From NCBI GenBank assembly GCA_030748555.1, contig JASMLT010000001.1, positions 34,914-98,913 of the forward strand: a stretch of 64,000 nucleotides of DNA, in the 5' to 3' direction. A program made the position numbers and the translations under genes. The DNA is from Acidimicrobiales bacterium (GTDB lineage: Bacteria; Actinomycetota; Acidimicrobiia; Acidimicrobiales; MedAcidi-G1). This document shows, piece by piece, positions 39,682 through 50,266 of the stretch. Positions within the stretch are counted from its first letter, which is position 1. Each line of letters opens with the position of its first letter. The notes below the pieces were generated by a model, which saw only the letters and a list, made by a program, of their open reading frames with translations, had not been told where the DNA came from and made no database searches.

Positions 39682-40835
39682 TCAGCTGGGTACCTTTCGA
39701 GAAGTTTTCTAGCGATAACCATTTTCTGGATCTCGCTTGTCCCTTCTCCAATGATCATTAACGGAGTGTCTCGCAAATAACGCTCTACTGGAAACTCTGT
39801 TGTGTATCCATTACCACCATGGATCCTCATCGAAGACATGGCGATTTCAAAAGCTGCTTCAGAAGCAAAAAACTTCGCCATCCCTGCTTCCATATCGACC
39901 CTCTCTCCGGCATCTGCTCGCCTCGCCGCATCAAAGGTCATCAAGCGTGATGCTTGGAGCTTTGTTGCCATTTCAGCAAGCATGAATTGAACAGCTTGGT
40001 GCTCAAAAATTGGTCGGCCAAAGGTTTCGCGTTGTTGAGCGTATTTCATTGCTGAGTCAAAGGCTGCTTGTGCTACTCCAACAGCTCTTGCAGCTATATT
40101 TATTCTTCCCAACTCCAAAGCTGAGAGTGCATATCTTCTACCGTTTCCTATTCCTTCTTCACCTCCTAATACATTCGCAGAAGGAACACGATGATCCACG
40201 TAAGACATTTCGACTGTTTCTAATCCCCGATATCCAAGTTTGTCTATTTTTTTTGAAACTTGGATTCCTTCAAAATTTTCTCCAGGTTCTTTTTCAACCA
40301 GAAAACAAGTAATTCGATCATCTGGGGTTCTCGCTAAAAGCATTACTAGAGATGCGCGCGTTCCATTCGTAACCCACATTTTTGTGCCATTAATTACCCA
40401 TTCGTCTCCATCTTTTTCAGCTTTACAACGAAGTGCTCCTGTGTCGCTACCTGCATCAGGTTCTGATAGAGAAAACGCCGCTCGGAAAGAACCATCACAC
40501 ATTCGAGGTAAGAAGTTTTCTTTCTGTTCTTCCGTTCCGTATCTGTTAATCATGGTCACACCAATTTTGTGTGTATTCAAGATTCCAGCGAGAGACATGA
40601 AACCACGTGATAATTCTTCAACTATTCGAGCGTAAGTTGTGATGTCTATTCCGAGACCGCCATACTTTTCATCGATTGTGGAGCCAAAAAGTCCAAAATC
40701 GCACATCTGTTCAAACATTTCTTGCGGAAACTCATCATTGAGCTCGAATTGAGCGACATTTGGGATCACGTCGCGATCAACCCAGTCTTTTATTGTTGAA
40801 ACAAGTTCATCAGCTAGTGCCTGATCTGTAGCCAT
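39678..40835 (-). CDS. Acyl-CoA dehydrogenase
   Basis: FSLSEPDAGSD, NGTKMWVTNG, GRINIAA, RETFG, HGGNGY, GEGTSEIQ. Confidence 0.93.
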   Translation of the reverse strand: MATDQALADELVSTIKDWVDRDVIPNVAQFELNDEFPQEMFEQMCDFGLFGSTIDEKYGGLGIDITTYARIVEELSRGFMSLAGILNTHKIGVTMINRYGTEEQKENFLPRMCDGSFRAAFSLSEPDAGSDTGALRCKAEKDGDEWVINGTKMWVTNGTRASLVMLLARTPDDRITCFLVEKEPGENFEGIQVSKKIDKLGYRGLETVEMSYVDHRVPSANVLGGEEGIGNGRRYALSALELGRINIAARAVGVAQAAFDSAMKYAQQRETFGRPIFEHQAVQFMLAEMATKLQASRLMTFDAARRADAGERVDMEAGMAKFFASEAAFEIAMSSMRIHGGNGYTTEFPVERYLRDTPLMIIGEGTSEIQKMVIARKLLERYPAE

Positions 40836-41012
40836 CTTTTCTCACTCTTCTGCACTTAAAGGGTTTTATCCCTTAAATTACGTTTTTTCTTATTCTGATC
40901 GTATCGTCAGGTAACTTTTCTGGCAGTTCTATTTGTCTTATGATTACATCTAATAGGAAATAACCCAAAAACGGCGATACGGTCGAAGTTGGTCTACTTT
41001 ACAGGAGCTTAG

Positions 41013-42224
41013 GTGACGAAGATTCCTCGAATAATTTCAGTTGATGATCATGTGGTTGAACCACCAGATCTTTGGACTAGTCGCTTACCTTCAAAGTATG
41101 CGGATAGGTGCCCACGTGTTGAACGTGATTCTGCAGTGTTCAACTTTGAAGGTGGTGTCTTTTCTTACGAAAAAGGAGTTAAAAATGGCTCTCCATGCGA
41201 CTGGTGGTTATATGACGATTTGATATATCCGTTTCCTAAACTTTCCGCTGCAGTAGGTTTTGAAAATCTTGATGTTGAGCCAGTTACTTTTGATGAAATC
41301 AGGCCTGGTAGCTGGAAGCAGACTGACAGACTCGCCGATATGGATGCGAACCACGTTGACGTTTCAATATGTTTTCCTAATGTTCTTCCAAGGTTTTGCG
41401 GTCAAACATTTCTTGAGCGAGAAGATAAAGACCTGGCTTTACTTTGCGTAAAGGCTTACAACGACTGGATGATAGATGAGTGGTGCGAAGGTGAAGGAAA
41501 AGGTCGTCTGATCCCACTTACCCTCATACCGCTCTGGGATCCAGTCGCGGCCGCTGAAGAAGTTCATAGGTGCGCAAATAAGGGATCTTTCGCGGTTGCA
41601 TTTTCAGAAAATCCTTATCATCTGGGTTTACCGTCCGTGCATGACGAAAATCATTTTTGGGATCCCTTCTTCACGGCATGCCAAGAAACTGAAACTGTAA
41701 TCTGCATGCATATTGGATCTTCATCAAAAATGCCGTCAACTTCTCCGGATGCTCCTTTTTCGGTTTCTTCGACCATAACTTTTGCAAATGCGATGGGATC
41801 TATGTGCGACTACATACTTTCAGGAATCTTTGTTCGGTTTCCTAAACTCCGGATCGCATACGCGGAAGGACAAGTTGGGTGGATGCCCTACGTAGTTGAA
41901 CGAATGGACAAAATTTGGGAAGAAAGAGGAGATGCTAGTTTCGGGATAGATCTTCCCAATCCACCTAGTTCTTATATACCTAACCACATTTGGGGTTGCA
42001 TTTTCGACGATGAGATCGGTTTAAAGAATCGAGACATAATCGGAATGAACCAAATCTGTTTTGAAGTCGACTTCCCTCATGCAGATTCCACTTTCCCAAA
42101 TACGTTAAAAGTAGCAACAAAAATTTGTGAAGAAGCAGGACTCTCAGAGGACGAAATATACCGACTCATGCGGGGTAACGCTATTGATTGCTTCGGACTT
42201 GAACGTTTCGGTATAACAGTTTAA
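41013..42224 (+). CDS. Amidohydrolase-2 family protein
   Basis: SVDDHVVEP, AYNDW, CMHIGS, AEGQVGW, DFPHAD. Confidence 0.88.
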   Translation: MTKIPRIISVDDHVVEPPDLWTSRLPSKYADRCPRVERDSAVFNFEGGVFSYEKGVKNGSPCDWWLYDDLIYPFPKLSAAVGFENLDVEPVTFDEIRPGSWKQTDRLADMDANHVDVSICFPNVLPRFCGQTFLEREDKDLALLCVKAYNDWMIDEWCEGEGKGRLIPLTLIPLWDPVAAAEEVHRCANKGSFAVAFSENPYHLGLPSVHDENHFWDPFFTACQETETVICMHIGSSSKMPSTSPDAPFSVSSTITFANAMGSMCDYILSGIFVRFPKLRIAYAEGQVGWMPYVVERMDKIWEERGDASFGIDLPNPPSSYIPNHIWGCIFDDEIGLKNRDIIGMNQICFEVDFPHADSTFPNTLKVATKICEEAGLSEDEIYRLMRGNAIDCFGLERFGITV

Positions 42225-42242
42225 ATAAAACTCTCAAGCGTG

Positions 42243-43547
42243 TCATGGGACAACTGGCATTTCATCCTTCCAACGCTCTATCCCACCTCCAGAAATAACT
42301 TCTTTTACTCTGTCTATGCTTTCTTCGATTTCTGCAAAGGTGGTATATAGAGGAGCGAAACCAAATCTGACTAGATCTGGTGGGCGGACATCTGGGATTG
42401 TTGCTTGTTCATTAATTAAAGCCTGTCCTATTGCCAAAGCTGAATCATGAGAAAAAGATAGATGAGAGCCACGATTCTCGTGTGTTAAAGGTGATGCAAC
42501 AGAAAACCCTAAAGGTAGAAGTTCTTTTTCAGCTTTGAATAAAAATCTTTCAGAAAGGGCGACTGACTTGGAGCGTATGTTCTGAACTCCCGCTTCAATC
42601 ACCAAATCAACACCAGGCTCTATCAGCAAAGTTGAAACTAAGGGTGGTGTGCCAGTTAGAAACCTACGATTGTCGTTTTGCGGCTGGGAAAGCGGATCAA
42701 ATCCGAATGGGTCTTTACTTCCGTACCAACCTGCTATGGGATTTATCAAATCATGACAATTCTCTGAAATATAAATAAAAGCGGGTGACCCTGGCCCACC
42801 ATTTAAATACTTGTATGTGCATCCGATGGCTAGATCAATTTCATCTTTTCTCAGATCTATTGGAACCACTCCTACTGAGTGTGAAAGATCCCAAAGAACT
42901 CTGGCTCCTACTTGATGAGCCTTTTCAGTAACCGTTGATAAATCCCAACAACACCCTGATCGATAGGCGACCTGACTTAGTGATACCAAGGATACAGTTT
43001 CATCAATCGCCTCTAAAAGCTCTTCAACTGGGGCTTCCAAACCATTGCTTTCTATCACTACGACCTTGTGATCTTTACTGACCGTTGATGCAGCTGCCTT
43101 CAAAGCCTGAATATCGGAGGGGAAATTTTGGTCATCTGTAAGAATGATGGAACGTGTTGGATTTGAAAGAAGTGCTGAAACTGCAGTTTTAAATAAACAG
43201 ACAGTTGTTGAGTCAGCTAATACAACTTCTCCTGGTTTTGCTCCAACCACTGACCCAACCTTGTCTCCGATTCGAACTGTGTCTTCTAACCACTTTTCGT
43301 TCCATGAGCGTATTAAGCGACTACCCCATTGCTCGGAGACTATTTCTTGAGCAAGAGCTTTGGTTTTTTTTGGAAGTCGACCTAAAGAATTTCCGTCTAA
43401 GTAGATTAAGTTTGGCTCCTCGATAACGAACCTTGAGCGAAAATTGGCTAGTTGATCGACATTGTCCAGGTCTTCGGCAGTTGTTTGATTTAATTTTGTT
43501 TCTTCAAAAGGATCATCAGAGTCAATCACCAGATTTTTCCTCATCAA
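42243..43547 (-). CDS. kynU: Kynureninase
   Basis: YLDGNSLG, WDLSHSVG, GCTYKYLNGGPG, RGSH, RFGFAPLY; start uncertain (overlaps upstream gene). Confidence 0.92.
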   Translation of the reverse strand: MMRKNLVIDSDDPFEETKLNQTTAEDLDNVDQLANFRSRFVIEEPNLIYLDGNSLGRLPKKTKALAQEIVSEQWGSRLIRSWNEKWLEDTVRIGDKVGSVVGAKPGEVVLADSTTVCLFKTAVSALLSNPTRSIILTDDQNFPSDIQALKAAASTVSKDHKVVVIESNGLEAPVEELLEAIDETVSLVSLSQVAYRSGCCWDLSTVTEKAHQVGARVLWDLSHSVGVVPIDLRKDEIDLAIGCTYKYLNGGPGSPAFIYISENCHDLINPIAGWYGSKDPFGFDPLSQPQNDNRRFLTGTPPLVSTLLIEPGVDLVIEAGVQNIRSKSVALSERFLFKAEKELLPLGFSVASPLTHENRGSHLSFSHDSALAIGQALINEQATIPDVRPPDLVRFGFAPLYTTFAEIEESIDRVKEVISGGGIERWKDEMPVVP

Positions 43548-44190
43548 TTATTTCTTGCATTCGTCTTTCAGTATGTTCCTGACTCAAGCTTTGATGATCG
43601 CCTTCCACCTCTTCTAGAGGCTGGTTCTCATCAGCATCAAATTCAAGTTGTAGTGCTCTAGAAATAATCCCATGCATTCCATATGTGGCAACGATGTATG
43701 TAAGTTCAAGAATTTCTTCATCTGACAAGTGCTCTGTGAGTGTCTGAAAAATTTCATCAGTTACTAGGCCATTGTTGATCGCTAGGCAATCCGTATATGC
43801 AAGAACTGCCCTTTCAATTTCATTGAAACATTCAGATTCCTCCCAATTTGGAATCGATTTGATTTTTTCTTCGCTTATTCCAACGGTTCGACAAGATTTA
43901 CAGTGCTGTGAAAAAACAAAACGGCTCCCAACATCCCAACCAATACGTGTTTGTCCGAGTTCTCGTAACTGTGGATCCAATTTTCGCTCTGGTGATCTGT
44001 ACAAAGCTAAACCTGCAACCGCGTGATCGAAAACTTCGGGCACCAAAGCAAAAGTAGGCCACCAATCTCCTGGACTTCCAGTATCAGTACCAGGTTCAAC
44101 TGTCGGGTCTCTATCTCCAAATATAAGTTGAAAAATAATTTCAGCTGCTGGGTGTAAATCTGAACGACTTACTTGTTGGATCCGAGGCAT
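43522..44190 (-). CDS. Carboxymuconolactone decarboxylase / AhpD-like family protein
   Basis: LDPQLRELG, FVFSQH, ERAVLAYTD, LSDEEILELT. Confidence 0.8.
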   Translation of the reverse strand: MPRIQQVSRSDLHPAAEIIFQLIFGDRDPTVEPGTDTGSPGDWWPTFALVPEVFDHAVAGLALYRSPERKLDPQLRELGQTRIGWDVGSRFVFSQHCKSCRTVGISEEKIKSIPNWEESECFNEIERAVLAYTDCLAINNGLVTDEIFQTLTEHLSDEEILELTYIVATYGMHGIISRALQLEFDADENQPLEEVEGDHQSLSQEHTERRMQEIIDEEKSGD

Positions 44191-44198
44191 TCGAAACC

Positions 44199-44768
44199 CT
44201 ATGTGCCTTTAGGTTCGGGAAAGAGGTTGAATCCTCTAAGCCCTTCAATATCTAAAGGTTGAATGAACGTTGAGTAGTCAGTGTCATCTGTTGAGTCAAG
44301 ACGTGCTAATGCGGTTTCAGGGTCAACTCCGAATTCGCCTGTATCTCTGCAAAACTCAACCATTATCCCATTTGGGTCCATGTAATAAAGCGAGTGACAC
44401 CATCCGTGATCTACTTCCATCAAAGGAACAATTTTCTCTGCAGCCAGCTGTTCTCGTACTGTTTCTGTTCTTTCTTCGTCAGAAGCGAAAGCTAGATGAT
44501 TAACCCAAACGGGAAGACCATTGCCAGTAGATACTTCAGAACTCCAATCAGGATTCTCACCGACACCTGAAACCTCGAAAAAAGCTACACAAGAACCATC
44601 GCCAGTATCAAAAAACAAATGACGGAAGAAGCCATCTGGAGCATTTTTTACCTCAGTGTGAACCAAAGGCATTCCTAATAAATCTTCATAAAAGTGTCTG
44701 GTTTCTTCACTGTTTCTGCATGCGTAAACAACATGGTGGAATCCTCTATTTCTGGTTTTTTTTGTCAT
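44199..44768 (-). CDS. VOC/glyoxalase family protein
   Basis: GFHHV, FYEDLLG, AFFE, NHLAF, SLYYMDPNGIMVE. Confidence 0.85.
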   Translation of the reverse strand: MTKKTRNRGFHHVVYACRNSEETRHFYEDLLGMPLVHTEVKNAPDGFFRHLFFDTGDGSCVAFFEVSGVGENPDWSSEVSTGNGLPVWVNHLAFASDEERTETVREQLAAEKIVPLMEVDHGWCHSLYYMDPNGIMVEFCRDTGEFGVDPETALARLDSTDDTDYSTFIQPLDIEGLRGFNLFPEPKGT

Positions 44769-44772
44769 CTGA

Positions 44773-45516
44773 TCACTGCAATCCTTTTACAGCTCCACCA
44801 TCAACGGGGATTGCTGCACCTGTTATGAATTTCGCTTGTTCTGAACACAAAAAAGCTACGACCTCACCAAAATCGTCAGGATTGCCAAGTTTCCCTGTTG
44901 GAACGTTTGCTGCTACACCTTGTAAATCTTCATAAAGTTCAGTAAGTCTTTCGGTCGCATGAAGTCCAGGTTGGATTGAATTTACTGTCACACCAGCCCC
45001 AGCCACCTCGGTTGATGTTGTTTTCAAAAAACTCGTTAATCCAGATCTAGCCGTGTTAGAGAGAATCAACTGGGCTATAGGTTCTCTTACTGCAATCGAG
45101 GTAATCGCCACTACTCGACCCCAACCTCGATCAACCATTTCTGGTATTAGCCCTTTACACATTTCGACAGTCGATAAAAGGTTCAACTGAATGGCTGCTG
45201 AAAAATCTTCTGTTGCGGTAGTTTCAAAATTTCCTGGTGGTGGACCACCAGCGTTGGCTACAAGAATATCTACTACACCAAATATTTCTTTTACTTCTCC
45301 TAACATGCTCTGGATTGAAGAAGGGTCTGATAAATCAGCGGCGATAATGTGGCAGTCACTCGAAAGTTCTTGGGCCGCAACTGACAACTGATCAGTTGAA
45401 CGTGATGCCAAACAGACTTTCACCCCTGCGTTAGACAGGGCTTTAGCACTGGAAAGACCTAGACCTCTTGAAGCACCAGTGACTAGAGCTGTTCGACCTG
45501 AAATACCTAAATCCAT
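44773..45516 (-). CDS. Short-chain dehydrogenase/reductase (atypical, Tyr motif replaced by SNTAR)
   Basis: TGASRGLG, ANAGGPPPG, LSNTAR, VDGG. Confidence 0.88.
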   Translation of the reverse strand: MDLGISGRTALVTGASRGLGLSSAKALSNAGVKVCLASRSTDQLSVAAQELSSDCHIIAADLSDPSSIQSMLGEVKEIFGVVDILVANAGGPPPGNFETTATEDFSAAIQLNLLSTVEMCKGLIPEMVDRGWGRVVAITSIAVREPIAQLILSNTARSGLTSFLKTTSTEVAGAGVTVNSIQPGLHATERLTELYEDLQGVAANVPTGKLGNPDDFGEVVAFLCSEQAKFITGAAIPVDGGAVKGLQ

Positions 45517-45518
45517 GA

Positions 45519-46733
45519 TTATTCGATTCTTAAACCTGATATCGCTCTACTTATTACCAGTTGTTGGATCTGTTCTGTTCCTTCAAAAATATCGTGAATT
45601 TTTGCATCCCTGTGCCAACGTTCAACTGGATATTCTCTTACATACCCATACCCGCCAAGAATCTGGATTGCTCTTTCTGTAACCCAAGTGGCAACTCTCC
45701 CAGCTTTCAACTTGGCCATTGAGCCTTCAGCGTTCTTGAAACCTTGATGAGTCCCCAGCCATGCTGCCCGCCATGTAAGCCATCTGGCTGCGTCAATCTC
45801 AACAGCCATATCTGCAAGCATGAAAGAAATACCTTGGTTCATGATTATTGGCCTGCCAAATGCTTCTCTTTCTTTGGCGTATTCAAGTGCATACTCATAT
45901 GCAGCTCTAGCTACACCTATTGCCTGAGCTGCTACAGCAGGACGAGTAGCTTCAAAAGTCTGCATTGCTGCTTGAGCATTCCCAGATTTGCCCTCTTTTA
46001 CTCGCGCAATTCTCTCATCAAGTTTCTCCTTAGTCCCTAAAAGACAAGAACCTGGGATCCGAACATCTTCTAATACAACCTCTGCTGTGTGACTTGCTTT
46101 AATTCCATGTTTTTTGTACTTCTGTCCCTGACTTAATCCAGGTGTGTTAGGAGGCACTATAAAAGATGCGTGACCTCTCGATTTAAGTTCAGGTTCGACT
46201 ACGGCAACCACTACATGGATATCAGCTAAACCTCCATTAGTGATCCAAGCTTTCGTTCCATTTAGAACCCATTCGTCTGTAGCTTCGTCATAAACAGCTC
46301 TAGTTCGGTAACCACCCACGTCAGACCCAGCATCAGGTTCACTAGCACAAAAAGCTCCAATTTTCAGATCTCCTGCGTCTCCGTAGCACTGCGGTACCCA
46401 TTCCAAAACTTGTTCCTGTGTACCAGATGCCAAAATTCCGGCAGCTGCTAGTCCAGAACCCATTATCGCCATTCCGATACCTGCATCTCCCCAAAATAAT
46501 TCTTCGATAGCTACAGGAAGAGTAAGGCCTGTCTTGTCTCCCATCATTCCATTTGCTAGGAATTCCCAAGAGTAAAGACCAACCTCTGCTGCTTGCTCAA
46601 CTACAGGAAATGGAAATTCTTCTCTCTCGTCCCATTCTTCAGCAGCGGGTCTTATCACATCTTCAGAAAACTGATGCACCCATTCTTGTAGTTGTAGCTG
46701 ATCTTCGTTCAACTCCATAGAGAAGTCGCCCAT
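45519..46733 (-). CDS. Acyl-CoA dehydrogenase
   Basis: FCASEPDAGSD, NGTKAWITNG, REAFG, LGGYGY, FEGTEQIQ; GGAGG RBS. Confidence 0.93.
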   Translation of the reverse strand: MGDFSMELNEDQLQLQEWVHQFSEDVIRPAAEEWDEREEFPFPVVEQAAEVGLYSWEFLANGMMGDKTGLTLPVAIEELFWGDAGIGMAIMGSGLAAAGILASGTQEQVLEWVPQCYGDAGDLKIGAFCASEPDAGSDVGGYRTRAVYDEATDEWVLNGTKAWITNGGLADIHVVVAVVEPELKSRGHASFIVPPNTPGLSQGQKYKKHGIKASHTAEVVLEDVRIPGSCLLGTKEKLDERIARVKEGKSGNAQAAMQTFEATRPAVAAQAIGVARAAYEYALEYAKEREAFGRPIIMNQGISFMLADMAVEIDAARWLTWRAAWLGTHQGFKNAEGSMAKLKAGRVATWVTERAIQILGGYGYVREYPVERWHRDAKIHDIFEGTEQIQQLVISRAISGLRIE

Positions 46734-46761
46734 TAATAACCTCCAAATTGACTTTCTTCAG

Positions 46762-46786
46762 TTTGACAATACCCTCACAAGTCAAA
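46762..46786. promoter_or_regulatory. Inverted repeat TTTGAC-N13-GTCAAA in the divergent acyl-CoA dehydrogenase / valS intergenic region
   Basis: Read directly; TATAAT at 46808-46813 upstream of valS. Could be an operator or back-to-back -35 boxes. Confidence 0.35.
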
Positions 46787-46843
46787 GAGCAAACAATTCC
46801 GCTCGGTTATAATCAATAAGCGCAGATAGTCTCAAATTGATAT

Positions 46844-49450
46844 ATGAAAAGTAAAAAGAACGCTTCGAAAATTCCGAATAAGCCATCTTTAGATGGAATT
46901 GAAGAAATCTGGTCTAATCATTGGGAAAAAAATGGAACCTATAGTTTTGATCGTAGTAAAACTAGAGAAGAAATTTTTTCTATAGACACTCCGCCTCCCA
47001 CAGTTTCAGGCTCTTTACACGTCGGCCATGTTTTTTCCTATACGCATACTGATGCAATAGCGCGCTATCAACGAATGGCGGGGAAAGAGGTCTTTTACCC
47101 CATGGGGTGGGACGACAATGGGCTTCCAACTGAGAGAAGGGTCCAAAATTTTTTTGGGGTCAGGTGCGACCCTTCACTACCTTATGATCCAGATTTTGAA
47201 GCGCCAGATGATGCTGGTAACCCAAAAGCAATTAAAGAACGCGGCGAGTTCGATATAAGTAGGCGGAATTTTATTGAGCTGTGCCATATTCTCACAGCAG
47301 AAGACGAAAAAGCTTTTGAAGCTCTATGGCGTCGCCTTGGATTGTCAGTTGATTGGAGTCTCACCTACGCAACTATCGATGAAAAATGTCAACGTGTGGC
47401 TCAGCGTGCTTTCCTTCGAAATCTAAATAGAGGTGAGGCGTATCAGACTGAAGCTCCGTCATTATGGGATGTGACTTTCCGAACTGCTGTAGCTCAAGCC
47501 GAACTTGAAGACAGGGAAAGACCAGGCGCTTACCATACGCTTAGCTTCCACGCTAATGGTGGTGAAGACTTACAAATTGCAACCACTCGGCCAGAACTAC
47601 TACCAGCTTGTGTAGCTTTGGTGGCTCATCCAGAAGATCCAAGATATAAAAAACTTATTGGAACAACCGTAACAACTCCTGTTTTCGGTGCGGAAGTACC
47701 TGTTTGTGAACATCCACTTGCAGACCCTGAAAAAGGTACTGGGATAGCGATGATATGTACTTTCGGTGACACTACTGATGTGACTTGGTGGCGGGAATTG
47801 GACCTACCTGTTCAAGCAATAATCAACCGAGATGGAAGGATTATAAACGAGCCCCCATCGAGCATTTCTAATGAAAATGGCGTTAATGCCTTCAAACGTC
47901 TATCCGGAAAAACAATTTTCTCTGCGCAAGAAGAAATGGTACTGATGCTCCGAGAGACAGGGGAACTGGTTGGAGAACCTGAACCTATTACTCATCCAGT
48001 GAAATTTTTCGAAAAAGGTGACCGACCTCTCGAAATCGTCACTTCTCGTCAGTGGTATATAAGAAATGGAGGCCGTGATCAAAATCTAGCCATTGCGCTT
48101 GTTAATCGAGGCGATGAAATGAACTGGTATCCAAGTTACATGCAAGCTAGATACAGCAACTGGATTGAAGGGCTTAATGGTGACTGGCTAATAAGCAGGC
48201 AGCGTTTTTTTGGAGTGTCTATACCACTTTGGTATCCGCTAGATGAAAATGGTGAAACTGTGTGGGATCAACCGATTGTCCCTCAAGAAGACACTCTTCC
48301 TGTAGATCCAACTTCAGAGGTGCCAATTGGATTTTCAGAAGATCAGAGGGGCAAGCCTAATGGTTTCATAGGAGATCCTGATGTTATGGATACTTGGGCA
48401 ACCTCCTCTCTTACTCCGCAGATTGCTTGTGGATGGGAAGAAGACCAAGATTTATTCAAACGCACTTACCCAATGGACATGCGCCCTCAAGCACACGACA
48501 TAATACGAACTTGGCTTTTTTCAACTGTTGTGCGATCACATTTTGAATCTGATTCTTCTCCTTGGTTGAATTGTGCTTTAAGTGGTTGGGTGCTTGACCC
48601 TGATAGAAAAAAAATGTCGAAGTCGAAGGGTAATGTAGTTACCCCAATAAATTTGTTAGAGGAATACGGGTCAGACGCTATTCGTTACTGGGCTGCTAAT
48701 GGAAGGCCTGGAACAGATACGACATTTGACGACGGTCAAATGAAAATCGGTAGAAAATTAGCCATAAAGATACTTAATGCAAGCCGATTTGTTCTAGGTT
48801 TCAGTGATACAACAGGCGATTCACTTGAGATTGATAAGAGTCTTATAAGCAACCCTTTAGACCTTTCAATGCTCGCAGGTCTGGCTGGACTAATAGACGA
48901 AACAACTGATGCTTTCAACAACTTCGATTATGCGCGAGCACTAGAGAAAACCGAATCTTGGTTCTGGGATTTTACGGATAACCATTTGGAACTTGTCAAA
49001 GTTCGCGCTTACGGAGGAGAAAATACAAATGCCACTTCAGCTCAACATGCACTGCGTTTAGCGCTGCAAACTCTGCTGAAACTTTTTGCACCTTTTCTTC
49101 CGTTTGTCACCGAAGAAGTCTGGTCATGGTGGAGGGAAGGATCAATACATCAGCAAGATTGGCCCTCAGGTGAAAATTTATTTTCAACTTCGGTCTCTTT
49201 TGGAGATCAAGAAATCGCTGTTGTGGCTGCACAGGCAATAGCTGAAATTCGTAAGAAAAAAACTGAAGCAAAATGTTCGCTGGCAACACCAGTCAAGAAT
49301 TGCACGGTTGTAGATACAGTCGAACGACTCGATCTTCTTCGTCTTGCTTTAGATGATGTTTGCGCTGCAGCAAAAGCCGAAAATATAAGCCTTGTTACAG
49401 GAGAAAAATTTGAGGTTGAAGTTCTGCTTTTGGAAGTAGAAGGTGATTGA
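46844..49450 (+). CDS. valS: Valine--tRNA ligase, type 2 (no C-terminal coiled coil)
   Basis: IDTPPPTVSGSLHVGH, GWDDNGLP, ATTRPE, DWLISRQR, KMSKS. Confidence 0.97.
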   Translation: MKSKKNASKIPNKPSLDGIEEIWSNHWEKNGTYSFDRSKTREEIFSIDTPPPTVSGSLHVGHVFSYTHTDAIARYQRMAGKEVFYPMGWDDNGLPTERRVQNFFGVRCDPSLPYDPDFEAPDDAGNPKAIKERGEFDISRRNFIELCHILTAEDEKAFEALWRRLGLSVDWSLTYATIDEKCQRVAQRAFLRNLNRGEAYQTEAPSLWDVTFRTAVAQAELEDRERPGAYHTLSFHANGGEDLQIATTRPELLPACVALVAHPEDPRYKKLIGTTVTTPVFGAEVPVCEHPLADPEKGTGIAMICTFGDTTDVTWWRELDLPVQAIINRDGRIINEPPSSISNENGVNAFKRLSGKTIFSAQEEMVLMLRETGELVGEPEPITHPVKFFEKGDRPLEIVTSRQWYIRNGGRDQNLAIALVNRGDEMNWYPSYMQARYSNWIEGLNGDWLISRQRFFGVSIPLWYPLDENGETVWDQPIVPQEDTLPVDPTSEVPIGFSEDQRGKPNGFIGDPDVMDTWATSSLTPQIACGWEEDQDLFKRTYPMDMRPQAHDIIRTWLFSTVVRSHFESDSSPWLNCALSGWVLDPDRKKMSKSKGNVVTPINLLEEYGSDAIRYWAANGRPGTDTTFDDGQMKIGRKLAIKILNASRFVLGFSDTTGDSLEIDKSLISNPLDLSMLAGLAGLIDETTDAFNNFDYARALEKTESWFWDFTDNHLELVKVRAYGGENTNATSAQHALRLALQTLLKLFAPFLPFVTEEVWSWWREGSIHQQDWPSGENLFSTSVSFGDQEIAVVAAQAIAEIRKKKTEAKCSLATPVKNCTVVDTVERLDLLRLALDDVCAAAKAENISLVTGEKFEVEVLLLEVEGD

Positions 49451-50261
49451 AATGGGAGATGTGCCGAGTTTTGAACATTTAGTTGTTTCTTCTGACGGGC
49501 GAACAGCTCAGATGCAACTAAATAGACCTGAGCGTCTAAACGCCTTATCAACTGCTCTTATGAAAGAAATAACTGAAGCTGCGGATTGGTTTGACCAACA
49601 ACCTGATTTGCGTGTTGTTGTTGTTAGTGGAGCAGGTAGGTCATTCTGCGCTGGCTTTGATATTGATGCTTTCGGAGGCAATAACCAAAATGCTTCCGGA
49701 AAGGCAGGTGGTAAAAAACCTGCTGATTTAGGTCGAGTAATGGCTGACGCAATCGAAGGGATGGCTCCAATAGCTGTAGCGCGTCTTCATGGCCATGTTG
49801 TCGGTGGCGGTCTCGTATTGGCGGCAGCCTGTGATTTAAGGATTGCTTCCACTGAAACAAGTTTTTCTATTCCAGAAGTCGATTTGGGAATTCCTTTAGC
49901 TTGGGGCGGAATTCCAAGACTAGTGAGAGAGATAGGACCTGCTTTGACAAAAGAATTGGTCATGACTTGTAGACCGTTTGATGCTGAAGAGGCGTCCAAA
50001 ATAGGTTTTGTAAATAAAGTCACAACTATTGATGAAATTGACTCTGCAGTGAACGATCTAGTTTCAGTCATTGCAGCGAAGTCTAGAATCGCTACTCTTT
50101 CTACAAAAGCGCACGTAAACGCAGTTACTTCTCAGATGGTCGGAACTGCTAGGTCGTGGGCTGATGCGGATGGTTTAGAAGTTGCGATGGCTGATCCTGA
50201 ATCGCGAGAAGCTCAAGCAGAATATTTGGCTAAAATTAAGAAAAGAAATTCTGATTCATAA
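49443..50261 (+). CDS. Enoyl-CoA hydratase/isomerase family protein
   Basis: NRPERLNA, FCAGFD, VGGG, ACDLR, PEVDLG. Confidence 0.9.
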   Translation: MIEMGDVPSFEHLVVSSDGRTAQMQLNRPERLNALSTALMKEITEAADWFDQQPDLRVVVVSGAGRSFCAGFDIDAFGGNNQNASGKAGGKKPADLGRVMADAIEGMAPIAVARLHGHVVGGGLVLAAACDLRIASTETSFSIPEVDLGIPLAWGGIPRLVREIGPALTKELVMTCRPFDAEEASKIGFVNKVTTIDEIDSAVNDLVSVIAAKSRIATLSTKAHVNAVTSQMVGTARSWADADGLEVAMADPESREAQAEYLAKIKKRNSDS

Positions 50262-50266
50262 TTTTT

